Of a stretch of 64,000 bases of DNA, positions 48,332 to 58,114 are shown piece by piece. The notes under the pieces are model-generated. The model did no database searches. It was not told where the DNA came from and was given only the letters and a program-made list of their open reading frames with translations. Both the position numbers and the translations under genes were made by a program. The stretch is from Pirellulales bacterium (GTDB lineage Bacteria; Planctomycetota; Planctomycetia; Pirellulales; JAICIG01). The stretch lies in the NCBI GenBank assembly GCA_040901675.1, contig JBBDYJ010000032.1:96756-160755 (forward strand), read 5' to 3'. Numbering within the stretch: position 1 is the first letter of the stretch; every line of letters starts with the position of its first letter.

Positions 48332-49633
48332 TCGCGCCAGCACCTTGCGGGCGGCCTCCACGGTCTGGTCGATGTCCGCCTCGGTGTGGGCGGCCGAGAC
48401 AAACAGCGCCTCGTACTGGCTGCACGGCATGTAAATCCGCTCGTCGATCAACCCCCAAAAATATCGGGCGAAGCGGCCGGTGTCCGAGCGGCTGGCGACC
48501 GTCCACCCAGTGACCCGGTCGGGGTTGAAGAACAAGGTCAGCATGCTGCCCACACGGGCCGTCGTGTGCGGCACCCCTGCCGCGGAAGCGGCCTGGCCCA
48601 GCCCCGCTTCGAGCCGCTGCCCCAAGGCCTCCAGCTTCTGGTAGGGTGGGTCGTCGCGCAGGGACTTGAGGGTGGCGATGCCGGCGGCCGTGGCCAGCGG
48701 ATTTCCTGACAAGGTGCCGGCCTGGAACACCGGACCGGCCGGCAGCACGCGGTCCATGATGTCGGCACCTCCGCCGTAGGCTCCCACGGGGAGGCCGCCG
48801 CCCACGATCTTTCCCAGCGTGGTCAGATCCGGCGTGACGCCGAACAGCGATTGGGCGCCGCCGTAGGCCACGCGGAAGCCGGTCATCACTTCGTCAAAGA
48901 TCAATAGCGAGCCGGCGCGCCGCGTCTCGTGTCGCAGGGCCTCGAGGAACTCGGCCGAAGGCACGACGCAGCCCATATTGCCCACGACCGGTTCGACAAT
49001 GACGGCGGCAATTCGCTGTGCGTGCTCGGCGAAGGCGGCGGCCAGCGCCTGGTGGTCGTTGTATTCGAGCACCAGCGTGTCGCGGGTGGTGCCCGCGGTG
49101 ACGCCGGGCGAGTTGGGCACGCCCAGCGTGGCCGCCGAGCTGCCGGCGGCCACCAGCAGGCTGTCGACGTGCCCATGGTAGTTGCCTGCGAACTTGACGA
49201 TCAGCTCGCGGCCGGTGAAGGCGCGCGCCAGCCGCAAAGCGCTCAAGGTGGCTTCGGTGCCGGAGTTGACCAGGCGGACTTTTTCGACCGAGGGCACCGC
49301 CTCGACGATCAGCTCGGCCAGCTCGCTCTCGGCCTCAGTCGGCGCGCCGAAGCTGCTGCCGCGGGCAACGGCCTGCCGCAGGGCCTCGGTCACGGCCGGA
49401 TGTGCGTGCCCCAGGATCATCGGCCCCCAGGAGCCGACGTAATCGAGGTAGCGATTGCCATCCAGATCGGTCAGGTATGCGCCCTTGGCCGACGCGATGA
49501 ACAGCGGGTGCCCGCCGACCGCTCCGAAGGCGCGTGCCGGGCTGTTCACGCCACCGGGAATCAATTGCCGCGCCCGGTCAAAGGCCGCCGCGCTTCGCGG
49601 GTACGATCGTCCATGCTGCCTGCTTTCGCTCAT
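48299..49633 (-). CDS. hemL: Glutamate-1-semialdehyde 2,1-aminomutase
   Basis: PGGVNSPARAF, NSGTEA, FDEVMTGFR, LGKIVGGGLPVG, QAGTLSGNP. Confidence 0.97.
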   Translation of the reverse strand: MSESRQHGRSYPRSAAAFDRARQLIPGGVNSPARAFGAVGGHPLFIASAKGAYLTDLDGNRYLDYVGSWGPMILGHAHPAVTEALRQAVARGSSFGAPTEAESELAELIVEAVPSVEKVRLVNSGTEATLSALRLARAFTGRELIVKFAGNYHGHVDSLLVAAGSSAATLGVPNSPGVTAGTTRDTLVLEYNDHQALAAAFAEHAQRIAAVIVEPVVGNMGCVVPSAEFLEALRHETRRAGSLLIFDEVMTGFRVAYGGAQSLFGVTPDLTTLGKIVGGGLPVGAYGGGADIMDRVLPAGPVFQAGTLSGNPLATAAGIATLKSLRDDPPYQKLEALGQRLEAGLGQAASAAGVPHTTARVGSMLTLFFNPDRVTGWTVASRSDTGRFARYFWGLIDERIYMPCSQYEALFVSAAHTEADIDQTVEAARKVLARKEEGGRRKEE

Positions 49634-49693
49634 GGGCCAGATTGTCGCCTGAGGCGGCGAGGTTTCCAAGACCTGTAGGATAGGCATCCTGCC

Positions 49694-49792
49694 TTCTAGT
49701 TCTTAGTTCTTAGTGCTTTGGTCTTTGTTCTTCGGACTTGCGTTGGAGTTCTTCCCAATTACCAAGCACCAAGTACAGCTCCAAGTACCAAG
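49694..49792. repeat. Heptamer-type tracts (TTCTTAG, ACCAAGY)
   Basis: Degenerate 7-nt periodicity. Confidence 0.55.
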
Positions 49793-49805
49793 ATCTCCTC
49801 CGGCC

Positions 49806-49886
49806 GGGTGGCTGGGGCAAAGCGGACTTCGGACTTCGGCGAGCTCAGTCGAGTCGCGAGCTCAGTCGAGTCGTAGCGTGCCCCAG
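49806..49886 (-). repeat. Host hairpin with nested double 24-bp insertion (49825-49872), reverse orientation
   Basis: Exact reverse complement of the 48-nt core at 6211-6258. Confidence 0.9.
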
Positions 49887-49942
49887 TCTTCGCCCATTAA
49901 CCAGCATCCTGATCCTGCCCTGGGCATCCTGCGTTTCCCCCT

Positions 49943-51895
49943 TCATCCCTTTCCCACGATGATCACTTCGCCCTCGATGGTGTAAGCAGCCGCGCCTGTC
50001 TCGCCGGTGAGCAGCGACAAAAGCGTCTTGAGCACGGTGGAGAGACGGACGTTCTCCAGTTTGAGCGAGACGGGTTCGTCGATCCTGACTCCGGCGCGCT
50101 GGAGGGCCTTGACGTTGAGGACGATGTTGGCCCTGGTGTCGCGGCGGAGACGCTCGATGGCTTCCTTCAGGGGTACGTCCATGAACTCGATCCTGGCCAG
50201 AACGGTTTCCAGCGCTTCTTCGGCCGATCTTGGCCGGGCGTCGGGGCCGCCGATGCCCTCCAGCATCGCGTCCAGCTTCGCGGCAAGGTCGGCCGGCAGA
50301 CCAGCGGGCAGCGCATCGCCCTGGCCGACGACGCCGTCGAACAGCAGCTTGCCCTGGGCATCCTTGGCCAGCAGACGATTTTGGCCATCGGGCAGCCGCG
50401 TCAGCGTCAATGCGTGCTGGTCGTCGGACCAGCGCAGCGATGCCGCGCCGTTGAACCTGGTGATGAACTCCGGACGCGACATCAGGCCGTCGAGCAGCCG
50501 CTTCCGCTTGTCGGGACTCCCGTTTTCGACGAATTGCTTGACCTCGTCCGGTCCGGGCAAGATTCCTAGAGTGTCGAGGTATGCCCGCCGTAAGAAGACC
50601 TCGTCCGTTACCGACTCCTGACTTCGCAGGTCGACCACGTCTCTTAGATGGCCAGGGACCTGGTAGGCAAAGTCGACAGCCAACGGCACATTCAGCCTGA
50701 GCCCGGAGAGGTGGTCGATCGCATAAGAAGTATTGCTCGACTGGCCGGCCACCGGCTGGTCAGCTTCTTGGCTGGGCTCTGCACGCGGTTGCTCGGCCGG
50801 TTGATCGCCCGGTTGTTCGGCGGGTGCCTCGCCAGATTGGTGAGCGGGCTGTTCGGTTGGCTGCTCGGACGTCTTCTCGGCTGGGCGGGCCACCAGGACG
50901 GCGCGGAGGCTCGTCGACTGACCACCGCGAATGGCCGTCAACTCGATCTCGTCGCCCGGCCGCCGCATGCCGACCAACGCGCTGAACTGGTCCGGGTTCA
51001 CCAGCACCTGGTCGTCGAGTTTCTGGAGCAGGTCGTGCTCCTTCAGGCCGGCGGCCGCAGCCGGGCTGTCCGGCAGGACCGCATCGACCAACAGCCCCAG
51101 GCCCCCGGCCAGGCCGAGCTGCCGGACGAGCGCCGGCGGTGGTGGCGACGTGGAGACGCCCAGGTACGCCGGTCCGGCATCGCCCCCTGTCGCGGCGGCA
51201 ATGTCCATCAAGCCGACGTATGCCTGGTAAAGGTGATGTCCCCCCAAATCGTAGCGCGGAGTCCTTAGAACGCCTACCTGGCCGGTCGGTGCTTCGACCG
51301 TCACTTCGTGCTCGGCCATGGTCGCCGTTACGGTCTTGGGCTGGTTCTTATGGATCAACGTGATGGAAACGTCTTTTCCAGCGGGCAGACTGCGGACCAG
51401 GGCCGACAACTGCTCGGTATTGATCAGCAACTGCTGGTCCAGCTTTTCCAACACATCGTACTGTTCGATGCCCGCCGCTTCCGCCGGGCTGCCGCTCTCG
51501 ATCCCCTCGACCAGCAGGCCGGCGCGGGGGGGCAGCCTCAAGTGTTTCCGCAGGACGTCGGGGACGGGTGAGGTCGAAACGCCCAGGTACGTCACACGCT
51601 GAGTTTTTCCGCTGCCGTGCCCGTGGAAGGTGGATCTCAGTGCAATGAGCCCATGGCCCGGATGGCCGTCGAAAACCAACTGATTTGTCGAGTGGCATTG
51701 AGAGCAGTCCTGGCCCGCGAGCCATGCGACCGCGGAACGTTGCGGCTGCGTGGCCTTCTGGGCCTGGCCACCGCTTTTTTCTTCAGACGATTCTTGCGCA
51801 GTGGTTTTTGCGGCCGAAGAAGCGTCATCGGCGGCGGCCCCGGTCTGGACGGCGAGCCAGCAGAGCGAACAGGTCAGCAACGCGAAGAAACGCAT
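49943..51895 (-). CDS. Secreted protein with CxxCH motif, two PDZ domains, a DUF1549-like segment and a C-terminal STN-like domain
   Basis: Signal peptide; DCSQCH; YLGVSTS...SPAEAAGI twice; DEVFLRRAYLDTLGILP; IEFMDVPLKEAI...PVSLKLENVRL. Confidence 0.8.
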   Translation of the reverse strand: MRFFALLTCSLCWLAVQTGAAADDASSAAKTTAQESSEEKSGGQAQKATQPQRSAVAWLAGQDCSQCHSTNQLVFDGHPGHGLIALRSTFHGHGSGKTQRVTYLGVSTSPVPDVLRKHLRLPPRAGLLVEGIESGSPAEAAGIEQYDVLEKLDQQLLINTEQLSALVRSLPAGKDVSITLIHKNQPKTVTATMAEHEVTVEAPTGQVGVLRTPRYDLGGHHLYQAYVGLMDIAAATGGDAGPAYLGVSTSPPPPALVRQLGLAGGLGLLVDAVLPDSPAAAAGLKEHDLLQKLDDQVLVNPDQFSALVGMRRPGDEIELTAIRGGQSTSLRAVLVARPAEKTSEQPTEQPAHQSGEAPAEQPGDQPAEQPRAEPSQEADQPVAGQSSNTSYAIDHLSGLRLNVPLAVDFAYQVPGHLRDVVDLRSQESVTDEVFLRRAYLDTLGILPGPDEVKQFVENGSPDKRKRLLDGLMSRPEFITRFNGAASLRWSDDQHALTLTRLPDGQNRLLAKDAQGKLLFDGVVGQGDALPAGLPADLAAKLDAMLEGIGGPDARPRSAEEALETVLARIEFMDVPLKEAIERLRRDTRANIVLNVKALQRAGVRIDEPVSLKLENVRLSTVLKTLLSLLTGETGAAAYTIEGEVIIVGKG

Positions 51896-51946
51896 AAACG
51901 GCTCCTTGAAGTTGTCGGGGAGAAAACGGTTCATAACGGACCGTTC

Positions 51947-52615
51947 TTACAGGGTTGGAATCCGAACAAAGACGACTTCCTCGCGGGGGACGATCCGCTC
52001 CATCCGCGCGCCGCGCGCGCGGTCGTACCACTCCACCCGCTCGTACCACTGCCGCCGCAGCTTGCGGGCGGGCGTGCGCCCGTCGATGAGCACGGTGCCC
52101 TCGTCCAGGGTCCGCGATCGCAGCAGCCGCTCGATAATCAGCGGCTGGCCCAGGTTGGCCAGCGCGTTGGATGCCCCGCTCGATTCGTTTGCATCCAGTG
52201 CAGCATCCGGACCGCCTGGAGGCAGATCGGCAGTGATAGTCGCCTCGGCCGCGGGGTCCCTAGGCACGTCCGGCCTGGGGTGCTGGTCCTGTTGCGTCGG
52301 CTGGTCATTCTCGATCCGGTCGATGTCCGCTCGCTGGTCGACCTGTGGGCGAGGCGCCTCGGCCTGTTCCTCGCCGTCGGAGACGAGCAGCGCCAGCAGC
52401 ATAACCGCCGCCGCCAGGGCCGCGACACCGGCCAGGACCGTCCGAAGCGTCACCCGCGGCGCCGGCGGTCGAGAGCGCTCAGGGGGCTCATTGTGCCGCG
52501 CGGCCGGCGGCTCGGCCTCGAAACGCTTCAAGCTTCGGCCAAGCTGGCCGTCGAGGTGCCGCGACAGATGTTGGCGGAGTTGTGATTCCCACGGTCCCAG
52601 ATCGTCGTCGTTCAT
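51947..52615 (-). CDS. Putative single-TM anti-sigma factor
   Basis: One TM segment (LAGVAALAAAVMLLALLV); directly downstream of the ECF sigma gene. Confidence 0.65.
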   Translation of the reverse strand: MNDDDLGPWESQLRQHLSRHLDGQLGRSLKRFEAEPPAARHNEPPERSRPPAPRVTLRTVLAGVAALAAAVMLLALLVSDGEEQAEAPRPQVDQRADIDRIENDQPTQQDQHPRPDVPRDPAAEATITADLPPGGPDAALDANESSGASNALANLGQPLIIERLLRSRTLDEGTVLIDGRTPARKLRRQWYERVEWYDRARGARMERIVPREEVVFVRIPTL

Positions 52616-52640
52616 TCTTGGATACCTCGATGTTTGCCAG

Positions 52641-53177
52641 TCACTCTGCCAGCCGAGCACGCAATATCTGCCGGGCCCGCGTCAACCGCATGTCGACCGC
52701 CGCGGAAGAAGTGCCCAGCAGCTCGCCGATCCGCTTGCTCGACAGCCCCTCGTAGTAACGCAGCACCAGGGCCGTCCTGGACGCCTCATCCAGCGCCGCC
52801 AAGGCCTGGCCAAGCCTTTCGCCCGTCTCCTTCTGCTCCAGGTTGGAAACCGGACCTCCGCCGGCAGGCAGCGATGCCAGCGATACCTCGGCCCGGGCCC
52901 GCCGTTCGCGCTTGCCACGCCGCCGCGCGTCGTGGGCCAGGTTGCGGACGATCTCGCACAGCCACGATCCAAACCGGCTCGGTTCCCGCAACTCGCCGAG
53001 ACGCTGCCAGCCACGCAGGAAGCCCTCCTGGGCCGCGTCGCCGGCCAGGTCGGCATCGAGCAACACGGCATAGGCGACCGCCAAGGCCGCTCGCTCGAAC
53101 CGCGTGATCAGCAGTCCGAAGGCCTGGCGGTCTCCCGCCTGGGCTCGATGGACGGCTTCTTCGACCGTGGATTCCAA
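52641..53177 (-). CDS. ECF RNA polymerase sigma factor
   Basis: AQAGDRQAFGLL, DAAQEGFLRGW, FGSWL, LRYYEGLS, RLTRARQILR; TTG start after GGAGAG. Confidence 0.92.
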   Translation of the reverse strand: MESTVEEAVHRAQAGDRQAFGLLITRFERAALAVAYAVLLDADLAGDAAQEGFLRGWQRLGELREPSRFGSWLCEIVRNLAHDARRRGKRERRARAEVSLASLPAGGGPVSNLEQKETGERLGQALAALDEASRTALVLRYYEGLSSKRIGELLGTSSAAVDMRLTRARQILRARLAE

Positions 53178-53529
53178 GCAGCACTCTCCGCAGGTTGCCG
53201 GCTGCCGCGGGCCCTGAACCGCCTTGCTGATAATAAGACGACCGGGCGGCAAGTTTTCTAACGCGGATCGCCGCGCTCGACCGCCTGGACTGGCCTGCCA
53301 GCGACCAGGCGGGGGGGAGGCCTCGATTCGATTGCCTGATCGCCAGGGGCGGGCGCTGCGCCCATAAGAGTAATAACGGCGAGTGTTTGCAACCTAGCGT
53401 GATCCGGGCGGCCCGGCCGCTTGCGCCTTCGGCACGGCACGTGCGGTGCGTGGTTGCGTTTCCGGCTGAATCCGCCTGCGACGCGCGGGCAGGCGGCCGT
53501 TTGAATTTTCCCCGTGAGGAGTTCGGATC

Positions 53530-54723
53530 ATGCGATGCAGCCACCTGGGCACTGGTTTCTGGTTCCTGGCAACCGTGATGGCGTGCTCGCTCGTCGGCGC
53601 CCAAGAGCCGGCCCAGGAGCCGGCCGCTCCGCCGGACGAAGTGCGCCCGGCCGATCCGGATGAGGAGGCCGACGAAGAAACCCTGTTTGGCCTGGTACTC
53701 GATCAAACCGAGGCGCCGCGGATCCTCGTCTCTTCGGTGGCGCCGGGCAGCCTCGCGGCCGAGGCCGGGTTTGAAAAAGGGGACGAGATCACCCGGTTCG
53801 ACGACCAGCCGATCGCTTCGGCCGTAGTCCTCCAGGAGAGGCTGTTGGCAATCGAGCCTGGCGAAAGCGTGACACTGCACGTCTTCCGAGGGGATGACCA
53901 GACGGTAAGAGTGGTGCTGAAAGTACCCGCGCAGCGCCAACCACCACCCCAAGCCAAGGTGGATCCAGCCGCCGCGGCCGCCGACGTGGGTTTCTCCGGC
54001 ATGTTCCTGCGGCAGGTCTCGCCGCGCCGGGTCGTTGTCATCCGCGTGTCGCCCAACACTCCGGCGGAAGCCGCGGGAATCCGCGCCGGCGACGAGGTGG
54101 TTGCAGTCGACCGGAAGCGCGCCGTGCCGCTGGATGGCTTGATGAACTTTGCGACCAAGCTGTTCGGCACGCTCGAACCGGGGCAGGCAGTTCCCGTAAC
54201 GATTCGCCGAGACGGCGAGGAGCAGGTGGTCGAGTTGGCCGTGGCCGAAAACCCGGCTCCCAGGCCGCCGCAACAGGCCTCGGATCAGTTGATCCCCCCC
54301 GACGTGCTGACCACGATCGGGCTGGCCGTGCTGGAGAGGCCTTCCAACACGTTGCGGGTGGCGGCCGTGGTGGCGCATAGCCCAGCGGCCGTGGCCGGTA
54401 TCCAGCGTGGCGACATCATCCGCTCGCTGGCACAGCAGCCGATCGGCACCGCGGAAGAGTTGGCCGCCGTGATCAGCATGCACCAGCGTGGCGAGGCCGT
54501 GCCGTTTGAGGTGGTGCGCCGCCGCGAGACGGTCACCGGTTCGCTGACGCTACGGGCCGAACCGGCCGCGATGGTCGACTATGTGCGGGCCCTGCAGGAG
54601 CAGGTCGACGCTTTGTCGCGGACGGTCGAAGCGATGTCGAAGGAGATCGAGGCCCTGCGTGGCGAAAGCGGCGGCCGGAGTGCAGCAGGCGCCCGGCCGG
54701 GCCGCCGCGAGCCGATTCGGTGA
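53530..54723 (+). CDS. Secreted protein with three PDZ domains and a C-terminal coiled coil
   Basis: Three PAxxAG...GD motifs; signal peptide. Confidence 0.85.
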   Translation: MRCSHLGTGFWFLATVMACSLVGAQEPAQEPAAPPDEVRPADPDEEADEETLFGLVLDQTEAPRILVSSVAPGSLAAEAGFEKGDEITRFDDQPIASAVVLQERLLAIEPGESVTLHVFRGDDQTVRVVLKVPAQRQPPPQAKVDPAAAAADVGFSGMFLRQVSPRRVVVIRVSPNTPAEAAGIRAGDEVVAVDRKRAVPLDGLMNFATKLFGTLEPGQAVPVTIRRDGEEQVVELAVAENPAPRPPQQASDQLIPPDVLTTIGLAVLERPSNTLRVAAVVAHSPAAVAGIQRGDIIRSLAQQPIGTAEELAAVISMHQRGEAVPFEVVRRRETVTGSLTLRAEPAAMVDYVRALQEQVDALSRTVEAMSKEIEALRGESGGRSAAGARPGRREPIR

Positions 54724-54819
54724 GCGAGAGACTGCCGGCGGCGTAGTTTGCCAGCGAGTTGGGATGTTGTTCGATCGGCCGTGCCTGGGTCAGTTCATCG
54801 GAAAGAGAGGAGTATCCTC

Positions 54820-54930
54820 ATGAAGAAGCTGAATGTGCGTGAAGGTAAAGTGGGGTGGATTATCCTGTGGCTGCTCGGTGTGCCCATTCCGATCCTGCTC
54901 ATACTGTTCCTGATCCGCGGGTGTACCTGA
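54820..54930 (+). CDS. 36-aa single-TM small protein
   Basis: GAGGAG RBS; MKKLNVREGKVGWIILWLLGVPIPILLILFLIRGCT. Confidence 0.75.
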   Translation: MKKLNVREGKVGWIILWLLGVPIPILLILFLIRGCT

Positions 54931-55140
54931 TCCAGGGACATCATCGGTCCGGGCCAGGCCAAGCCGCATGCCTTGACCGACTTCGCACGAGCCTCAGGCT
55001 TGCGCCTGAAGTATCCGGATTCGTAGTCCAGACCGTGGCGGTAGGCCGACTCGTGGATGTGCGCCAAAGTGAGCACCAACGCGCTTTATTGCGCAAGCGC
55101 CCTTGACCAGACGGAAACGCAAGGGGCAGAATCGGTTGCC

Positions 55141-56202
55141 ATGGAGAGCCTTGTACGTCCCTTGCAGATCGGTAGCGTCGAGATCGGATTTCCGGTGGTC
55201 CAGGCCGCCCTGTCTGGTTACAGCGACCTGGCCATGCGCGTGATTGCCCGGCGGCTGGGGGCTTCCTACGCGCTATGCGAAGTGGTGCTCGACCGGATCA
55301 TCCTGGAGGCAGGCCGCCAGACGCGGCGGCGCTTCCAGATCAGCCGGGAAGAGCATCCCGTGGGGGGGCAACTGATGGGGAGCGATCCGGAAGAGTTTGC
55401 CAGCGCGGCGGCGGAGTTGGCGGCGGCGGGGTTCGACGTGATCGACATCAACTTCGGCTGCCCGGTGCGCAAGGTGCTCGGCCGTTGCCGCGGGGGTTTC
55501 TTGCTGAGCCAGCCGGCCGTGGCCCTGCAAATCGTATCGCGGGTCCGCGACGCGGTGCCGCCTGAGAAGCCGGTCACGGTCAAGATGCGCCGCGGCATGG
55601 ACGACAGCCAACAAAGCCGAGACCAGTTCTTCGCGATCTTCGATGGAGCATTCCAGCGCGGCGTGGCGGCGGTCACCGTGCATGGCCGGACTGTACAGCA
55701 ACGCTACGTGGGCGCCAGCCGCTGGGAATTCCTGAGCGAGGTGAAGCGGCATGCCGGCGCACGCACCGTGCTGGGAAGCGGCGACTTGTTCACCGCGGCC
55801 GATTGCCTGGCGATGCTCCGGCAAACGGGCGTCGACGGCGTGACGGTGGCGCGCGGGGCGATCGGCAACCCCTGGATCTTCGCCCAGGCCCGAGCCCTGG
55901 CGGCCGGCCTGCCGCTGCCCACGCCCCCCAGCCTGCACGAACAACGGGAGGTGCTGCGCGAGCATTTTCGGCTGGCGGCCCAGGTCTACGGCCCCGATCA
56001 ATGCGGCCGGCAGATGCGCAAGTTCGGCATCAAGTATTCGCAACTGCACCCGCAAGCGAGCGAAGTCCGCGATGCCTTTGTGGCAGTCAAGCGTCCCGGC
56101 GACTGGGACGAGGTGCTCGACCGCTGGTATGCTCTCGACCTGCCCGGCGTCCATCCGTGTAGCTTGGAGGCCGCCTCCGAACCGGCCGAATGCGAAGCGT
56201 GA
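55141..56202 (+). CDS. tRNA-dihydrouridine synthase (DusB-like)
   Basis: IDINFGCP, VTVKMR, TVHGRT, GSGD, ARGAIGNPWIF. Confidence 0.92.
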   Translation: MESLVRPLQIGSVEIGFPVVQAALSGYSDLAMRVIARRLGASYALCEVVLDRIILEAGRQTRRRFQISREEHPVGGQLMGSDPEEFASAAAELAAAGFDVIDINFGCPVRKVLGRCRGGFLLSQPAVALQIVSRVRDAVPPEKPVTVKMRRGMDDSQQSRDQFFAIFDGAFQRGVAAVTVHGRTVQQRYVGASRWEFLSEVKRHAGARTVLGSGDLFTAADCLAMLRQTGVDGVTVARGAIGNPWIFAQARALAAGLPLPTPPSLHEQREVLREHFRLAAQVYGPDQCGRQMRKFGIKYSQLHPQASEVRDAFVAVKRPGDWDEVLDRWYALDLPGVHPCSLEAASEPAECEA

Positions 56203-56298
56203 CCTCTGGGCACCGGCGGCCGCAGCGCAGCACTGCTTCTCGGCCCCGACACGGCGGGGCCTCCAAGCAGTGGCAGTACTGACTTCCGGCTCCCCGTC

Positions 56299-57495
56299 TT
56301 ATTCCTCCTTCCTCGGCTCGACTGAGCTCGCCGAAGTCCTTCCTCCCTCCTCCTTCATTCGGCTTCCGCCCTCCTCCTTCATTCGCAAGGCCTGCTCGAT
56401 TTCGGTACGGACCAGCGGATCGGGCTCGCACGCCAGTCTGGCCAGAAGCGCCGCGCGAGCCTGCCCCTGCACGTACCGGCCCAAAGCCCAGGCACAGGCG
56501 CCGCGCACCAACGGCTCGCTGTCCGACAGGCCATGCACCAGCGCGGGCAAGGCTTCGGCCCGTGGATGGTTGCCCAGCACAATCGCCGCGTTGCGGAGAA
56601 TGCCCCGCCGCTTGGGCCGCCAGAGAGGCGTGTGCCGGAAGCGGCGGCGGAAGGCGGCCTCGTCCAAGTCGAACAGGCCGGCCAGGTCGAGCGGATTCAT
56701 TCCGTCGGCCGGTTGGAGTGCCGGTTCGTCAGCCGTCGGCGCTCGGTGGTTCCAAGGGCACACCTCCTGGCAAACGTCGCAGCCCAGCAGCCAGTCGCCG
56801 ACGCCGGCCCGCAGCTCGCCGGGCACGCTGGTCCGCAGCTCGATCGTCAGGTAACTGATGCAGCGGCGGCTGTCGAGCACGTAGGGCTCGACGAAGGCCT
56901 GGGTCGGGCAGGCGTCGAGGCATGCCCGGCAGGTTCCGCAGTGATCGGTTTCGTGGGGCTCGTCGTAGGCCAGCTCCTGGTCGGTGACCAGGGCCGCCAG
57001 AAAAAACCAGCTTCCCAGGTTCTTGTTCAACAGCAGGGTGTTCTTGCCGATCCAGCCGAGGCCGGCCAGTTGGGCGAACTCCCGTTCCAGCAGCGGCGCC
57101 GTATCGACGACTCCGCGGGCACTCGCCTGCGGCGCGAGTTGGTGAAACACTTGCAGAAGCCGGCGGAGCCGCTGGTGGATCAAGTCGTGGTAATCGCCCC
57201 CCCAGGCGTACCGCGACACGCGTCCCTGCCCGGCGCGGGTTGCCGCCGGCTCGGCAGTCCGGTAATTCATCGCCAGCAGCAGCAGGCTGCGGGCGCTGTC
57301 CAAAACGAGCTTGGGATGGGAGTAGGCCTGCTCGCGATCGGCCAGGTAGTGCATCTGGCCGGCATATCCCCGGTCGAGCCACTCGTGGAAGCGATGAATT
57401 CCTCGTGGAGTCACCGCCGGGCAAGCCCCTGCCAGGGAAAAGCCGGTTCGCGACGCCTCCTCCTTTAACCGGTCGGTGAGCTGCCTTGGATCCAT
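56299..57495 (-). CDS. queG: Epoxyqueuosine reductase QueG
   Basis: VSRYAWGGDYH, VDTAPLLERE, CGTCRACLDACPT, CISYLTIE, GCDVCQEVCPWN. Confidence 0.96.
   Translation of the reverse strand: MDPRQLTDRLKEEASRTGFSLAGACPAVTPRGIHRFHEWLDRGYAGQMHYLADREQAYSHPKLVLDSARSLLLLAMNYRTAEPAATRAGQGRVSRYAWGGDYHDLIHQRLRRLLQVFHQLAPQASARGVVDTAPLLEREFAQLAGLGWIGKNTLLLNKNLGSWFFLAALVTDQELAYDEPHETDHCGTCRACLDACPTQAFVEPYVLDSRRCISYLTIELRTSVPGELRAGVGDWLLGCDVCQEVCPWNHRAPTADEPALQPADGMNPLDLAGLFDLDEAAFRRRFRHTPLWRPKRRGILRNAAIVLGNHPRAEALPALVHGLSDSEPLVRGACAWALGRYVQGQARAALLARLACEPDPLVRTEIEQALRMKEEGGSRMKEEGGRTSASSVEPRKEE
56315..56338 (+). repeat. 24-bp micro-element (one mismatch) inserted in-frame in the heptamer tail of queG
   Basis: GGCTCGACTGAGCTCGCCGAAGTC within a TTCCTCC tract. 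Confidence 0.88.
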
Positions 57496-57689
57496 GACTC
57501 TATTGTAAGAGTTGCACAGCCCCGTAACGGGAGATCCCCCGGCCCTCCAAAAGAACTGCCGAGCCGGGCGCGTTGACCCACTTGTTGCGGGCGGGGGCGG
57601 CGCTCACAATGGAATGGGAGAGGGTATCATCAGAAAAAAGGGCCGGCCGCGGTGGAAACACGCCCGGCCTTGCGGAGAAAACAGAGACC

Positions 57690-58010
57690 ATGAAGTCGAT
57701 TCGCTGGATGTTGTTGGCGGCCGCGGCGGGGACGGGATTGCTGGCAGCCGCGGCGGGCATTGCCGGCTGTGGCCCTCGACTGAGCCGTCAGGACTTGGGG
57801 GAGATCTTCGTGAATCCCAGGGAGTTGCCGGCCTTCAACCAGCCGTACGACCTGCCCGTGGAGCCCCCGCCCAAGTCCGAAGCAGACACCCAGGCATCGC
57901 CCGGCGGGCCAGAACCGATGCCGCGGCCCGGCCAGATGCCCACCCCACCCGCCCCAAGAGGCGGAAAGGGCCAGCCGGCGGCACCGGCACGGCCGAACAC
58001 GCCGAACTGA
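57690..58010 (+). CDS. Pro-rich putative lipoprotein
   Basis: Hydrophobic leader ending in IAGC (lipobox-like). Confidence 0.6.
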   Translation: MKSIRWMLLAAAAGTGLLAAAAGIAGCGPRLSRQDLGEIFVNPRELPAFNQPYDLPVEPPPKSEADTQASPGGPEPMPRPGQMPTPPAPRGGKGQPAAPARPNTPN

Positions 58011-58114
58011 GCAGGCTGGGCCGGTTTTTTCTGTTGTACCGGTTTCGATTCGGATTAGCCTGGAAGGTTGGGACCTGCGCCGGTCCCGACACAAGTCACT
58101 TCGAGGGTATCCGA

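Noticed and set aside
57983..58032. Intrinsic terminator after the lipoprotein gene
   Set aside because: Imperfect stem with a long loop overlapping the CDS end; too weak to call
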